Under the pieces are notes generated by a model. That model searched no databases and was not told where the DNA came from. It worked only from the letters and a program-made list of their open reading frames with translations. From Nemertoderma westbladi (taxonomy: Eukaryota; Animalia; Xenacoelomorpha), in NCBI GenBank assembly GCA_032718475.1, contig JAUCBJ010000472.1, positions 1 to 64,000 on the forward strand: 64,000 bases of DNA. Direction: 5' to 3'. Of this stretch, positions 63,701-64,000 are shown piece after piece (positions within the stretch are counted from its first letter, which is position 1; each line of letters begins with the position of its first letter). The position numbers and the translations under genes were made by a program.

Positions 63701-64000
63701 AATAACAACTGGAATAAACGAGTAGTAAATGGGTAGATCTACAGAATTACAATAACAAAGGGAATAAACGAGTAGTGAATGGGTAGGTGTACCAACTACA
63801 ATAACAACTGGAATAAACGAGTAGTGAATGGGTAGGTGTACAGAATTACAATAACAACTGGAATAAACGAGTAGTAAATGGGTAGATCTACAGAATTATA
63901 ATAACAACTGGAATAAACGAGTAGTGAATGGGTAGGTGTACCAACTACAATAACAAAGGGAATAAACGAGTAGTGAATGGGTAGGTGTACCAACTACAAT
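57664..64000 (+). repeat. 46/49-bp satellite, >6.3 kb (roughly 130 units), in PHM intron 6, running off the window
   Basis: unit caactacaataacaactggaataaacgagtagtgaatgggtaggtgtac. Confidence 0.98.

Noticed and set aside
57664-64000. CRISPR-like regular array; repeated 81-aa minus-strand ORFs
   Set aside because: No unique spacers and no cas genes in a eukaryotic context; the ORFs are artefacts of the satellite.

Overview
AT-rich animal (probably invertebrate) nuclear DNA with spliceosomal introns, dominated by transposon remnants and tandem repeats. I found no rRNA, tRNA or CRISPR. Host genes: a large Smurf-type C2-WW-WW-HECT E3 ligase exon (minus strand, continues left of the window), an intronless SLC18B1-like MFS transporter, and a peptidylglycine alpha-hydroxylating monooxygenase (PHM)-like gene. 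I reconstructed six PHM exons by hand (53238-57707); the gene continues right of the window. Mobile elements: a decayed CRE-like non-LTR element with an N-terminal Ulp1 protease, several RTE fragments, an RTEX-like and a CR1-like LINE fragment, two convergent BEL/Pao Gag-protease remnants with no RT, a solo LTR, Sola-like and pogo (DD35D) transposase pseudogenes, and many MITEs with readable TSDs. Main observation: the >6 kb satellite at the right end is an amplified copy of the last codons of PHM exon 6 plus its 5' splice site. Two other arrays (42.5 kb, 46.6 kb) also start at candidate exon ends and carry a splice-donor motif in their monomers. All family assignments come from motif recognition by eye, not from database searches.
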